Positions 1 through 9,927 of a stretch of 64,000 nucleotides of DNA are shown one piece after another. The notes below the pieces were generated by a model. It did no database searches. It saw only the letters and a program-made list of their open reading frames with translations, and was not told the DNA's origin. The position numbers and the translations under genes are program-made. Source of the DNA: an uncultured bacterium (lineage in GTDB: Bacteria > Oederibacteriota > Oederibacteriia > Oederibacteriales > Oederibacteriaceae); contig OZ218778.1 in NCBI GenBank assembly GCA_965112635.1, positions 1,120,001 through 1,184,000 of the forward strand, read 5' to 3'. Within the stretch, counting starts at the first letter, position 1. Every line of letters begins with the position of its first letter.

Positions 1-1031
1 CGACCCAATTCCTTCCGCCGGTCTTTATGCTGGCAGGGTTGTTCCTAGGCAGAGGTTTTGAGGCTACCCTCGGCATTACATCCAGGCTGAAAAAATACAT
101 TTTTCAGGGTTTGTTCGTTATTCTTCTGGTCTATGTGCTCATCGACGGCATCCATCTTTATTTCGTGGCCAATGCTGAATTTGCAGACTACGCTCCCCGT
201 CACAGCATGGGCAGCCAATACCTGGGCGAAGCGGATGAATATGAGGCGGCCAGGAAAGAAATGGCGTTTGACAGGGAGGGCTATGCCATATCTGGCGGAG
301 TGAACAATAACTATTCTCTTCTCCTGCTTAATTGGGTAAGGCCCTATCATTATTCCGATTTTAACCCGTCCCTTGATCTGCCATACCGACATCATTTGGG
401 CCGGGATTGTCCGGGTGTTGCTTATCTGTTCTTCCCTGGTCCCATCAATGAGGACAAGAAAGAATTTCTGGAATATTTTTATCCCAAGGGAAAGTATGAG
501 GGCGGCGTGGACCCGAAAACAAAATACGAGATGTTCTGGTCTTATGCGGTCAGCCGTGATGAAGTATTAGCCAACCAGGGGCTGACCGGAAAATATTACG
601 GCAACCCGGGTTTTGAGGGGAAGCCCGTCACGCAAACCGCCGGGGCTGGGTTGATCTATGATTGGGAGCTAAACTCTCCGGTCAAGGCGCCCTTCAGTGC
701 TTCTTTTTCTGGAGGATTCATTTTTTCCAATGATCAGATGGTCACTTTCACTTTGAAATCCAGGGATCAAGCCAAATGTTATATTGATGGCAAACTTGTT
801 CTGTCCATCCAATCCTCGCCACGTATGAAGGGCACGGCAAAGATGGTTTCCCTGAAAACCGGACCTCACCGTATAAAGGTTGAGACCGTGGAAACCTCCG
901 GCCGGGGAGGACTGGGATTGTTCTGGAACGCGGCCGGAGCAACCCAAAACGGAATTATCCCGAGCGAACTCTTGCTGTCTGACGCGGCCATCGATCGGTT
1001 GATCGCCTTTAAGCATCCGCAGGCTCATTAA
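1..1031 (+). CDS. 5'-truncated membrane glycosyltransferase (GT-C/ArnT-like) C-terminal part with PA14 domain
   Basis: Frame is open from the window edge (TQFLPPVFMLAG...). Last TM helices are followed by 'EYFYPKGKY', 'GLTGKYYGNPGFEG', 'PFSASFSG' and 'GLGLFW', a PA14 pattern shared with the paralogs at 21105 and 24375. Confidence 0.75.
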   Translation, partial: TQFLPPVFMLAGLFLGRGFEATLGITSRLKKYIFQGLFVILLVYVLIDGIHLYFVANAEFADYAPRHSMGSQYLGEADEYEAARKEMAFDREGYAISGGVNNNYSLLLLNWVRPYHYSDFNPSLDLPYRHHLGRDCPGVAYLFFPGPINEDKKEFLEYFYPKGKYEGGVDPKTKYEMFWSYAVSRDEVLANQGLTGKYYGNPGFEGKPVTQTAGAGLIYDWELNSPVKAPFSASFSGGFIFSNDQMVTFTLKSRDQAKCYIDGKLVLSIQSSPRMKGTAKMVSLKTGPHRIKVETVETSGRGGLGLFWNAAGATQNGIIPSELLLSDAAIDRLIAFKHPQAH

Positions 1032-1063
1032 TATTATTCGGTAGATTTCAGGAGGTAGATCGT

Positions 1064-1942
1064 TTGGAGTTTAAGTGGCCCATCCCGCCGGGCGCACCCC
1101 AGGCCCCCTTGTGGACCGGTTCAGGTTTTGTGGTGGGAGGCGAGAAAACCCCTATTCTACAATTTGAAACGAACCCCGTGGCCTGGGACAATGAACTGAC
1201 CCTTTTTCACGAAAGCCACGCTGAGCACGACCATTTTATTGATGCCGCTTCCCGCAGGAACGCCCTTGGCGAATTGAAAGCGTTTGTCAAAATCCCCCAG
1301 CCGGTCATATTGGAGATCGGGTCATCTTCCGGCTTTTTACTACCCCTCATTAGGGAAAAGTTCCCCCAGGGACTGGTCATCGGATCGGATAATTTTGCCG
1401 AGGCCTTGGTGTCGCGGGCGAAGCAGGACCCCTCTTTTCCCCTGCTTGCCTTTGATGTTTTGAAATCACCCCTCGCCAGCGACTGCCTTGACGCCATCGT
1501 CCTGCTGGATGTGCTGGAACATATCAAAGAGGATGGCCAAGCCCTGGCCGAAGTGTTCAGGATGCTCAAGCCGGGCGGTATCGCGGTGATCGAAGTACCG
1601 GCCGGCCCCCATCTTTATGGCATCTATGACGAAATGCTCAAGCATTACCGCCGCTATGACCTCAAAACTTTGAGGACCCAGGCTGAGCGCTGCGGTTTTA
1701 AAGTCTTGCGCGCCTCCCATCTGGCTTTTTTGTTATACCCCTTCTTTGCCTTGGTCAAAAAACACGACAAGAAGCTGATGGAAAGGGGCAGCCGTTTCAA
1801 AGAGGATAAAGTCGCCCAGCGTATTGTTTTTACCCGCCGGAACCTGTTCATGGACGGGATCATGCGGATGGAGCATTGGATCGGCAGAAAAATATCCTAT
1901 CCTTTCGGTATCCGCTGCCTGCTTACCTTACAGAAACCTTAG
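1064..1942 (+). CDS. Class I SAM-dependent methyltransferase (type 11)
   Basis: ILEIGSSSG motif I, 'LDVLEHI', 'LKPGG', 'HYRRY'; TTG start after AGGAGG. Confidence 0.85.
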   Translation: MEFKWPIPPGAPQAPLWTGSGFVVGGEKTPILQFETNPVAWDNELTLFHESHAEHDHFIDAASRRNALGELKAFVKIPQPVILEIGSSSGFLLPLIREKFPQGLVIGSDNFAEALVSRAKQDPSFPLLAFDVLKSPLASDCLDAIVLLDVLEHIKEDGQALAEVFRMLKPGGIAVIEVPAGPHLYGIYDEMLKHYRRYDLKTLRTQAERCGFKVLRASHLAFLLYPFFALVKKHDKKLMERGSRFKEDKVAQRIVFTRRNLFMDGIMRMEHWIGRKISYPFGIRCLLTLQKP

Positions 1943-4725
1943 GGCCGTTCCTTGCTTTGAACCTGTGGGACCGGCTGGGAGGCGGGAACCCCGGACACGC
2001 CAGCCAGTTGCCTGGCGAAAGATACATGGCCGGAGCCGGGAGTAAGGTCGAGATAGGGGACAGCCTGCCAAGGTTCGTTGACCCTGTGCCAGATGAGATG
2101 GAAACCGCCCTCTGTGGTTACATTGAGAGTGTGTTTGCCGGCCTTAAGGACAAGGCGGGGCATGGCATTCCTGGCCGGGGTAAACTCCGCGGCCAGTTTC
2201 CCGTCCAGTTGTAATTTTTGATGGCCGGGAAAATCTTGGAAGGAAAATTCATATTCCCCGGGCTGTTCGACCCAAAGGGACCCTTGCGCCTTGAATGCAC
2301 CCGGAACCTCACCGCCCTGATAATAAAAAAGATAAGGGTCTCCTTCCGCGGGGGACAGGGGCTCGAGGAAAAAGCCGTGCTGACCCAGGGGGACATGGGT
2401 GAACTGGCTGGCGGTGAATTCCCGGGGAATATGATCTTTACCCTGGAAGAAAAGATGGATGTGATTTTTTTTGTCATGGCGCGTATAAGACAGTTCACAC
2501 TCATGCCATCCGGTCAAAAAAGAGGCCGGCTGGGTGCCCCCCCCATTCCAGATGACCTGGATCCCGTCTAATTTCAGGTTGCATTCCTGGCCGATCGTAC
2601 GGTTGTCCGTGTAAAAGGTGTAGGTGCCGGCGTCCAGGTAGCAATATCCTTTGTATCTTAAAAAACAGGTGTTTTCAGGGGTCTGCGGACCGGGGTTAAA
2701 AGGGTTCTCGATAGACAGGTTTTCGGGTTGGTGGTGTTTGGAGCCGCTTGCCCTAAATTTCACGCTCAGGCCCCAAGCACTTTCCATATCCTGTTTAGAG
2801 GTTTTGAAGGCGTAGCCCCACAGCGTCCCATCCCAGCCTTTGATCTCCTGGATAACCCCGTGAGGATATATAGACGGCAGAAAACCCTCCATTCCGGTGA
2901 GCAGCCGTAAATAAAAAAGAGAATCGCCGGAACAGGACTGGCGCAGGGGCCATTGGGTCATATCCAGCGTATCAATTTGCCCATAGTTGCGCAGAAAACC
3001 GAGGTAGTAGTAGAGCGTTTCCGGCTGGTAAAAGCCGCTCGGCATATCCGGCGGCAGAACCAGGCGGGCTTGGCCCGTATTCCTGAGAAAGTAGCGGCCG
3101 ATAGCGTTCATTTCATCAGACTTCCAGACAGGGTCTTTTTGGCGTTCTACGAAAAAGCATTGGGCGTGATACTGGAGATATATAGGGAAGATGATCAATA
3201 GGACCAGCCAGGCCGGCAGTTTGAGAGGCCTGACCAAAAATCTATCCAGCCCGACCCCCGCGAACAAAAAGATAAAAGGGAATAGGCCGGTGAGCCGTTC
3301 TATTTGCGGGTAAAAGAAGTCGGAAAGACAAGCCGGGACAAAGCCGGCGATGAACAACAAAAGCAGGAGCACGGACCTTTTGTCCCTTAAACGGCTGGCC
3401 GTATAAGAAAGGCCAAGGACCCACAGCACTCCGGTGATGATGTCCAAGGGAGGGTTTTTGTAGCTGGCAATGACAAAGTAGTTGTAGTAGTTCGCGTAAT
3501 AAAAATTGAAAAAAGTGATATTTTTGTAAGCGATGTCCGCATAGAGAGCCATTTTAGGCGCCAAGGCCAGCTGCTGCAGATGAGAAGCCTCGCGATGTAT
3601 GTTGCCCAGGGCGTTGGAAAAGGAGAACAGCGTGAAATGGCTGATGTAGGGAATGGCCATGGCCAAAAAACCGAGCCAGAACCAAACGCTCTGCTGAATA
3701 AGGGAGCGGTTGGCTTTACCCTCTGTCCAGATCAAAAATAGCCAGAACAACAGGAAAAAGAAGGGGAAAAGATGCATGGTGAAATATCCGTACATTCCCA
3801 GTCCCATTGTGATGCCTGCCAATAAAAGCAGAAGGCTTTTGCCGGTCCGCAGGCCCTGGAGCAAAAGGCACCCGAAGAGGGTCACGCAAAGCACGTTAGG
3901 CAGGAAAATGCTGCCAATGCGGGCAAAGGTGAGCAGGTCGGAAAAAGCCGCGATGAAAAAGGCCGCGCTCAAACCCACCCACGTACCGAAAAAGGCGCGG
4001 CCCAGGAGATAAACGCACAGGGGTATCAGGATGGCCAGGATGGAATTGTTTATTTTTCTGGCAAATACGGGGTCATGGGAAAATATGTTCTCGGAGACGG
4101 CCGCGCCGTATACCCATAAATGGGACAATCCGCTAAAGGACGCGTTGAAAAAAGGATAGCCGCTCATAACTTTTTGCATCGCGCTGCCTTTGGCATCCTG
4201 GCTTTGCATCAGGAGGTCATCCACATAACAATTGGCAGGCAGGTCATTGTAATGATAGAAAACAAGACCGCAGGATAACAGCAACAGACCCACTAAAGCG
4301 AAGGCTTCCCATTTTTTAAAGGGAACAGCCGGGCCATGGGTCATCCCCCGGTTTCGGCGGTCCTGCCACAAGGCCAGACAATATAAAGCGATAAGTTGTC
4401 CGAAACAGATGAGGGATACCAGTGTGTTCAAATTAAAATAAACAAAGAAAACCTGTAAAACATTGACCAGCACAAAGAGCACGGATAGGACTTTAATCGT
4501 TTTGGAAGAGTTGGGGCGTACTACGGTTAAGGTTGTTTTGGTATCAGGTTGGCTAAGGAAGCCAAAGATAAGGGCCAGCAGGGCGGCTAAAAACCATAGA
4601 TGAAGGCCCTGGGATAAATGAGCCTTATTGAGTTGAACCTGGCCCAGGACCCCGAAAAAAATACCCAAGAGAGCGAGCGCTGCCAGGAGAAAAGATTTTA
4701 TCCATCCTTTTCGAACTGCCACCAC
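1939..4725 (-). CDS. ArnT/PMT-like GT-C glycosyltransferase with C-terminal PA14-like domains
   Basis: Many TM helices; acidic 'YVDD' in the first external loop; 'GLGMYGY', 'PPLD', 'ERL..P'; beta-rich C-terminus (GTYTF, PGEYEFSF, GKH). Paralog of 13695-16475. Confidence 0.8.
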   Translation of the reverse strand: MVAVRKGWIKSFLLAALALLGIFFGVLGQVQLNKAHLSQGLHLWFLAALLALIFGFLSQPDTKTTLTVVRPNSSKTIKVLSVLFVLVNVLQVFFVYFNLNTLVSLICFGQLIALYCLALWQDRRNRGMTHGPAVPFKKWEAFALVGLLLLSCGLVFYHYNDLPANCYVDDLLMQSQDAKGSAMQKVMSGYPFFNASFSGLSHLWVYGAAVSENIFSHDPVFARKINNSILAILIPLCVYLLGRAFFGTWVGLSAAFFIAAFSDLLTFARIGSIFLPNVLCVTLFGCLLLQGLRTGKSLLLLLAGITMGLGMYGYFTMHLFPFFFLLFWLFLIWTEGKANRSLIQQSVWFWLGFLAMAIPYISHFTLFSFSNALGNIHREASHLQQLALAPKMALYADIAYKNITFFNFYYANYYNYFVIASYKNPPLDIITGVLWVLGLSYTASRLRDKRSVLLLLLFIAGFVPACLSDFFYPQIERLTGLFPFIFLFAGVGLDRFLVRPLKLPAWLVLLIIFPIYLQYHAQCFFVERQKDPVWKSDEMNAIGRYFLRNTGQARLVLPPDMPSGFYQPETLYYYLGFLRNYGQIDTLDMTQWPLRQSCSGDSLFYLRLLTGMEGFLPSIYPHGVIQEIKGWDGTLWGYAFKTSKQDMESAWGLSVKFRASGSKHHQPENLSIENPFNPGPQTPENTCFLRYKGYCYLDAGTYTFYTDNRTIGQECNLKLDGIQVIWNGGGTQPASFLTGWHECELSYTRHDKKNHIHLFFQGKDHIPREFTASQFTHVPLGQHGFFLEPLSPAEGDPYLFYYQGGEVPGAFKAQGSLWVEQPGEYEFSFQDFPGHQKLQLDGKLAAEFTPARNAMPRLVLKAGKHTLNVTTEGGFHLIWHRVNEPWQAVPYLDLTPGSGHVSFARQLAGVSGVPASQPVPQVQSKERP

Positions 4726-4741
4726 AAACCTTTCGTGCTAC

Positions 4742-4857
4742 GGAGTGCGTTCAAAAGACCACGAGCCAGTCGCTTCGCTCGCCTCGACGGCTAGGCGGGC
4801 CGACTAGGCGAGCTCCCCGCGGGACGAGGTGAACCACCCGAAGGGGAATAGTGCTCC
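4742..4857. repeat. GC-rich nested palindromic (REP-like) element in a divergent intergenic region
   Basis: GCTCGCCT/AGGCGGGC and AGTCG/CGACT stems, tandem CTAGGCGRGC, outer GGAGTGC/GTGCTCC pairing. Confidence 0.45.
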
Positions 4858-5109
4858 AATTATAAGTCTTTTTCATATTATCAGATTTCCAGAAACTTTT
4901 TAACCAATGGCCGGGAGTGAACAAGCCAACCGTTGTGGATCAAAAACCCGCTGTTTCCTCAAAAAATAATCCAAAACGCCCCAGATTGCCGTAAAACTAG
5001 GAACAAAGAATTACTTATGCTACTATCTTTTTAGCAACACTCTCGTCTGAAATTTGATGGAAGATGGGCCGATCCAAGGCCGTTACCATCAGGAGAATGA
5101 TCAAATACC

Positions 5110-6516
5110 ATGAATATTCTGTTTGTGAATCCCAATTATTTTGAGTTCATTTATGGTAGTTACGCGGTTAAATTTGCCCCTGAAAGAAGCACTCCCATGC
5201 CGCTGGGGATGGGACTGCTCTCAGCTATTCTCCAAAAAGAGGGGCATACTGTCCAGATATTGGATATGAATATTCTGAATATTGGCATTGAAGCTCTGCA
5301 AAAAAAGATCACTGAGTTTGAACCGGAAATGATCTGTTTTACCATGACCACAGCTTTGTTTTCATTGATAAAAGAATATGTTGAAAAAATCAGAAGATTT
5401 GGATTTAAAGGCAAGATTGCGGTGGGCGGACCGCATCCGACCGCACTGCCCCGGCAAGTTCTGGAAACAACAGACATTGATTACGCAGTTGTTTCTACCG
5501 GTGATGTGCTGATAAAAAAGCTGGCTGCGGGGACGCTGAATTACAAAAATATCTGGCGAAAAGTTGAAGGCAAAGCCGTGGAGGGAGAACAGGAAGCGGG
5601 CGACAAGGTCGTTATGGATGACCTGCCTTATGCCTTGTATAACAAGGAGGATATCCCGAAATATACTTTGACCCCTTTGTATGCCAGAAACAATCCGGTC
5701 GCTTATATGGAGACCAGCCGGGGTTGTTTCAGCAAGTGCATCTACTGCAACAAGAACATATACGGATATAAATTTGTTGTAAAGTCCCCTGTAAGGGTCG
5801 TGAATGAAATGGAATATTTGCTCGGCTTGGGCTATCGGGAAATCCATATTATAGATGATGGTTTTACCACTAACACTCATAGGGTTTGCCAGATATGCGA
5901 AGAGATATTGAAAAGAGGATTGAAATTCACCTGGTATCCCAGGGGCGGGATACGCGTGGACAGGGTAGAGCAGAAAATGTTCGACCTCATGAAGGCCGCA
6001 GGGTGTTTCCGGGTGCCGTTTGGGGTGGAATCCGGGTCCCAAAGGGTGCTGGATATTTCCTGCAAGGGGATAAAAGTTGAACAAGCGGAAAAAGCAGTAA
6101 GCCTGGCCAAAAAAGCCGGGCTGGAGGTGGAATGCTATTTTATGATAGGACTTCCCACGGAAACCGAGAAGGATGTCAAAGCATCGTATGAACTGGCCAA
6201 AAAAATGGACCCTGATTATATGAAGTTCGCCATCACCATTCCATTGCCCGGCACAAAACTTTTTGATGACTGGAAAAAAGAGGGCAGAATCCTGACCGAG
6301 GACTGGGATAAGTATATCTTTACCATGAATCCGTCAGTATTGTATAAGCACGACCAGATGTCCGCGGACAAAATATATGAGCTCTATAACAAATATAACC
6401 GGAATTACTTTTTAAGGCCGTCTTATATTCTGGAAAGGATCCGCAAGGGCATTAAAAATCATAATTTGTTTTTCTATATACGGAACGGGGTCAAGCTGCT
6501 GCTGAATTTCAGGTAG
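5110..6516 (+). CDS. Cobalamin-binding radical SAM protein (class B methyltransferase-like)
   Basis: N-terminal B12-binding domain (PLGMGLL, VGGPHPT), 'SRGCFSKCIYC' CxxxCxxC, 'FGVESGS', 'PLPGT'. Confidence 0.9.
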   Translation: MNILFVNPNYFEFIYGSYAVKFAPERSTPMPLGMGLLSAILQKEGHTVQILDMNILNIGIEALQKKITEFEPEMICFTMTTALFSLIKEYVEKIRRFGFKGKIAVGGPHPTALPRQVLETTDIDYAVVSTGDVLIKKLAAGTLNYKNIWRKVEGKAVEGEQEAGDKVVMDDLPYALYNKEDIPKYTLTPLYARNNPVAYMETSRGCFSKCIYCNKNIYGYKFVVKSPVRVVNEMEYLLGLGYREIHIIDDGFTTNTHRVCQICEEILKRGLKFTWYPRGGIRVDRVEQKMFDLMKAAGCFRVPFGVESGSQRVLDISCKGIKVEQAEKAVSLAKKAGLEVECYFMIGLPTETEKDVKASYELAKKMDPDYMKFAITIPLPGTKLFDDWKKEGRILTEDWDKYIFTMNPSVLYKHDQMSADKIYELYNKYNRNYFLRPSYILERIRKGIKNHNLFFYIRNGVKLLLNFR

Positions 6517-6539
6517 GCGTATCGTCCGGCCAAAGGAGG

Positions 6540-7520
6540 ATGATTGTGGAATTCAAAAAATATTTTCTGGTAGGCGGAGCCGGGTTCATTGGCTCCCATT
6601 TTACGGATGCCCTGTTGAAAAGGGACGATGTGGAAAAAGTCACCATTTACGATAACTTTTCTTCGGGAAGGGAGTGGCATTTTAAAAGTCATTTATCAGA
6701 CCCCCGTTTTAATGTTATCCGGGGGGATGTGCATGAGACCGTGCGGCTCAATCTGCTCATGAGCGGCCATGACACGGTCATGCATTTCGCCTCCAACCCG
6801 GATATTGCCAAAGCGGCGACCGACCCCAATGTTGATTTTGTCCAGGGCATTTACCTGACCCATTATGTCCTGGAGGCGATACGGCTCAATCAGGTCAAAA
6901 GGGTCATTTATATTTCAGGGAGCGGAGTTTATGGGGATTTGGGGGCTGTGGAAACACCGGAAAATTACAGCCCGCTCCTGCCTGTTTCCACCTATGGGGC
7001 CAGCAAGCTGGCCGGAGAGGTCTTTATCTCCAGCTATTGCCATATGTTCGGTTTGACCGCCTGTATTTTCAGGTTTGCCAATGTAGTCGGACCCCGTCAA
7101 ACCCATGGAGTAGGGTATGATTTTGCCAAACGCCTGCTCCAGGATCCCTCAAAGATAAGGATCCTTGGCGATGGCAGCCAGAGTAAATCGTATATTTATG
7201 TGGAAGATGTGGTTTCCGCTGTCATGACAGCCCATGAAAAGCAAACCACAGCCTATGAAATATATAATGTGGGAACCAAGGACTACATCACGGTGAAAGA
7301 GATCGCGGACATTGCTGTGGAATGCGCGGGTATCAAGGAAAAGGTGAGGTATGAGTTCACAGGAGGCGACAGGGGATGGAAAGGCGATATTCCCGTGATG
7401 CGGTTAAATACGGACAAGATCCGTTCCCTGGGCTGGGCCAACCGCCGCGATTCCAAAGAAGCAGTCAGGGATTCCATCCAGGCCATTCTCAAAGACCTTA
7501 AAGCTGGATTGATCCAGTGA
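6540..7520 (+). CDS. NAD-dependent nucleotide-sugar epimerase/dehydratase (extended SDR, GalE-like)
   Basis: GGAGFIG, YGASK, 'RFANVVGP', 'GDGSQSKSYIYVED'. Confidence 0.9.
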   Translation: MIVEFKKYFLVGGAGFIGSHFTDALLKRDDVEKVTIYDNFSSGREWHFKSHLSDPRFNVIRGDVHETVRLNLLMSGHDTVMHFASNPDIAKAATDPNVDFVQGIYLTHYVLEAIRLNQVKRVIYISGSGVYGDLGAVETPENYSPLLPVSTYGASKLAGEVFISSYCHMFGLTACIFRFANVVGPRQTHGVGYDFAKRLLQDPSKIRILGDGSQSKSYIYVEDVVSAVMTAHEKQTTAYEIYNVGTKDYITVKEIADIAVECAGIKEKVRYEFTGGDRGWKGDIPVMRLNTDKIRSLGWANRRDSKEAVRDSIQAILKDLKAGLIQ

Positions 7521-8740
7521 AAAAGGATGTGCCGGTGATCCGTCATCTATTTCCCAAAACAGGCAGGCTCTCCAAACCGGAACTGACTTTTGTGATCCCC
7601 GCCCTGAACGAAGAGGTCACCATCGGAGAGTTCGTGGAGTGGTGCAAACTGGGACTGGCCAGACTAAAGGTTAAAGGCCAGATACTCATCGTGGACAGCT
7701 CTGCGGACCGGACCGCGGATATCGCCTTAAAGCATGGGGCCGAGGTGCTGAAGGTCCCCCATCTGGGTCTGGGCAGGGCCTATATTGACGCTATCCCTTA
7801 TGTGAAAGGGCGGTATGTGATCCTGGGAGACGCGGACCTGACCTATGATACCCGCCAGATCCAGCCTTTCTGGAAAAAGTTCCAGGAGGGATATGAATTC
7901 ATCATGGGTTCCCGGATCAAAGGGACTATCGAGGCCGGGGCCATGCCGGCTCTGCATCTTTATTTTGGCAACCCTTTGACTACATGGATCCTCAACCGTA
8001 TTTATGGTTGCAAGTTTTCGGATATCCATTGCGGGATAAGGGGGGTGACACTGGAGGGACTGAAAAGGATGAGGTTAGTATCCCAAAGCTGGCAGTATGC
8101 TTCCGAAATGATCATTAAAGCCGTCCAGCTTGACCTCAAGATCACCGAAGTGCCGGTGGTCTTCCATAAGGACCGTATTGGGCGCTCCAGCCATTTGAAG
8201 CGGATGGGCTGGATGGCGCCGTGGTCGGCCGGCTGGAGCACTCTCAAGACCCTTTTCACTTTTGGGGCGGATTTTTTTATGTTCAAAACAGGGTTTTTGA
8301 TGGCATTTCTTGGATCTATCGGTTCCGTGGCCCTGTATGACGGACCCATTCATATCGGCGCTGTAGGTTTTTCTTTGCACTGGATGCTTTTATTTATGCT
8401 CATTTTTTTGGTAGGTCTGCAATTTTTCTTTATGGGCGTTTTGGCTAGGTCGTTCTACGACATTGAGGATAAAAGGTCGGATAAATGGAAAAAATTTTTT
8501 TCTCTGGATCATAATATCCCGTTTTCTATTCTTATTGTCGCGAGCGGTTTTCTGAGTATGGTCCCGGTCATCCAGGTGTATTTCCAGAATGGATTAAGTT
8601 TACCGCCTCATCTTGGCGCTGAATCCTATCAGGCCGTCGGCGGTATTGGCCTGATCCTTTCCGCGGCCATTTATTTCACTTCCTCCCTTCTTTATAATGC
8701 CATCATCATCAACCGTAAAACCATTCAGAGAGACCACTAA
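7517..8740 (+). CDS. GT2 polyprenol-phosphate glycosyltransferase (DPM synthase-like) with C-terminal TM helices
   Basis: IPALNEE, GDADLTY (DxD), GSR, SDIHCGIR; hydrophobic C-terminus. Confidence 0.88.
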   Translation: MKKDVPVIRHLFPKTGRLSKPELTFVIPALNEEVTIGEFVEWCKLGLARLKVKGQILIVDSSADRTADIALKHGAEVLKVPHLGLGRAYIDAIPYVKGRYVILGDADLTYDTRQIQPFWKKFQEGYEFIMGSRIKGTIEAGAMPALHLYFGNPLTTWILNRIYGCKFSDIHCGIRGVTLEGLKRMRLVSQSWQYASEMIIKAVQLDLKITEVPVVFHKDRIGRSSHLKRMGWMAPWSAGWSTLKTLFTFGADFFMFKTGFLMAFLGSIGSVALYDGPIHIGAVGFSLHWMLLFMLIFLVGLQFFFMGVLARSFYDIEDKRSDKWKKFFSLDHNIPFSILIVASGFLSMVPVIQVYFQNGLSLPPHLGAESYQAVGGIGLILSAAIYFTSSLLYNAIIINRKTIQRDH

Positions 8741-8750
8741 AGGAAGGCCT

Positions 8751-9887
8751 ATGAATAAAGCAGGCTATTTTAAATGGAGTTTCAGCCGAAGCCGGGTGGT
8801 TTGCCGGGTCAAGGGAAAGGAAGGGTTCGTTGACTCCCAAGACCATTGGCAAAACGCGGTGCTCAGGCTCCTGGATCTGGACCAGACCAAAGCCATGAAA
8901 TGGGTGGAAAAAGTACTGGCCTCAGGATGCAAGGAAGGGCGCGTTCCCTGGGTGCTCCTGCCTCCGGAACAGCGGGTCCGGGCCCTTATAAAAGGAACTG
9001 CCGAGTTTTATGGTCTTACCAAAGGCCGGAAAAGATTCAAGGGTTTCAGGTTTTCCCGCTATAAGATACTGGGGGAGAGCATTGACCAGGTCTGGGTCAG
9101 CAGAGGGGGAATGGATAAGACAATAGGTATTGTAGGCAACCGCTCCCTGGGGCATGGTATCGCTGTGCATAGCCGGGGGAGGGAGCCTTTATTGTTAACA
9201 CCCTGTGATTATGAAGAAAATTATTTCGAAAATAACATCCAGGGCCTGGGCTATGGGAGTTATTCCTCCCAGGAAAGCTGGAGGATGGAGAAAGCAAGGC
9301 GGCAGATACGCCAGATCAAAGGGTGGGTCCTGTCTTTAGGGCTAGCCAAGTCCAAAGTCAAACTATTAGATGTTGGTTCTGGTTACGGCTATTTCAGGAA
9401 AGCCGCGGAAGAAGCCGGGTGGCAGCATGAGGGCATAGATGTCAGCCGGCATGCCGGACAATTTTCCCAAAAGAGGTTCGGGTTTAAAACTTTTATCGGA
9501 GATCTCAAAAGTTTTGCCCGGCATTCCCAAGGGGGGTTTGACCTCATTGCCATGTTTGATTCCCTAGAGCATTCGCGGGAGCCTTTAGAGGAACTTCGGA
9601 CAGCCGCAAAGCTGCTGGCTCCAGGAGGAGCTTGTGTCCTGCGGACGCCGAACTTGCTTTCGCTGGAAAAGGATATTTTTGGCCCTTATTATCATTCAAT
9701 AAAGAACGAACATTTACATTATTTTTCGCCTAAAAGCCTGTGTTGGTTCTTGGAAAAAGCCGGACTTTCCCCTGTTTTTTTAACAACCGAATCCCATCTT
9801 TTACGGGGATTTCTGGGCGGTTCCTTGATGACCTATGCCAGGCTTTTGCAGGGGTCGGATATAATAGCCTTAGCGCAAAAAATCTAG
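8751..9887 (+). CDS. Class I SAM-dependent methyltransferase with an N-terminal extension
   Basis: LLDVGSGYGYF, 'FDSLEH', 'LAPGG', 'EHLHYFS'; ATG at 8751 after AAGGAAGG is preferred over 8697. Confidence 0.82.
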   Translation: MNKAGYFKWSFSRSRVVCRVKGKEGFVDSQDHWQNAVLRLLDLDQTKAMKWVEKVLASGCKEGRVPWVLLPPEQRVRALIKGTAEFYGLTKGRKRFKGFRFSRYKILGESIDQVWVSRGGMDKTIGIVGNRSLGHGIAVHSRGREPLLLTPCDYEENYFENNIQGLGYGSYSSQESWRMEKARRQIRQIKGWVLSLGLAKSKVKLLDVGSGYGYFRKAAEEAGWQHEGIDVSRHAGQFSQKRFGFKTFIGDLKSFARHSQGGFDLIAMFDSLEHSREPLEELRTAAKLLAPGGACVLRTPNLLSLEKDIFGPYYHSIKNEHLHYFSPKSLCWFLEKAGLSPVFLTTESHLLRGFLGGSLMTYARLLQGSDIIALAQKI

Positions 9888-9927
9888 TCAAAAAAACTAG
9901 CAAAAAAAAGAGCGGAAAGAGAAATAG

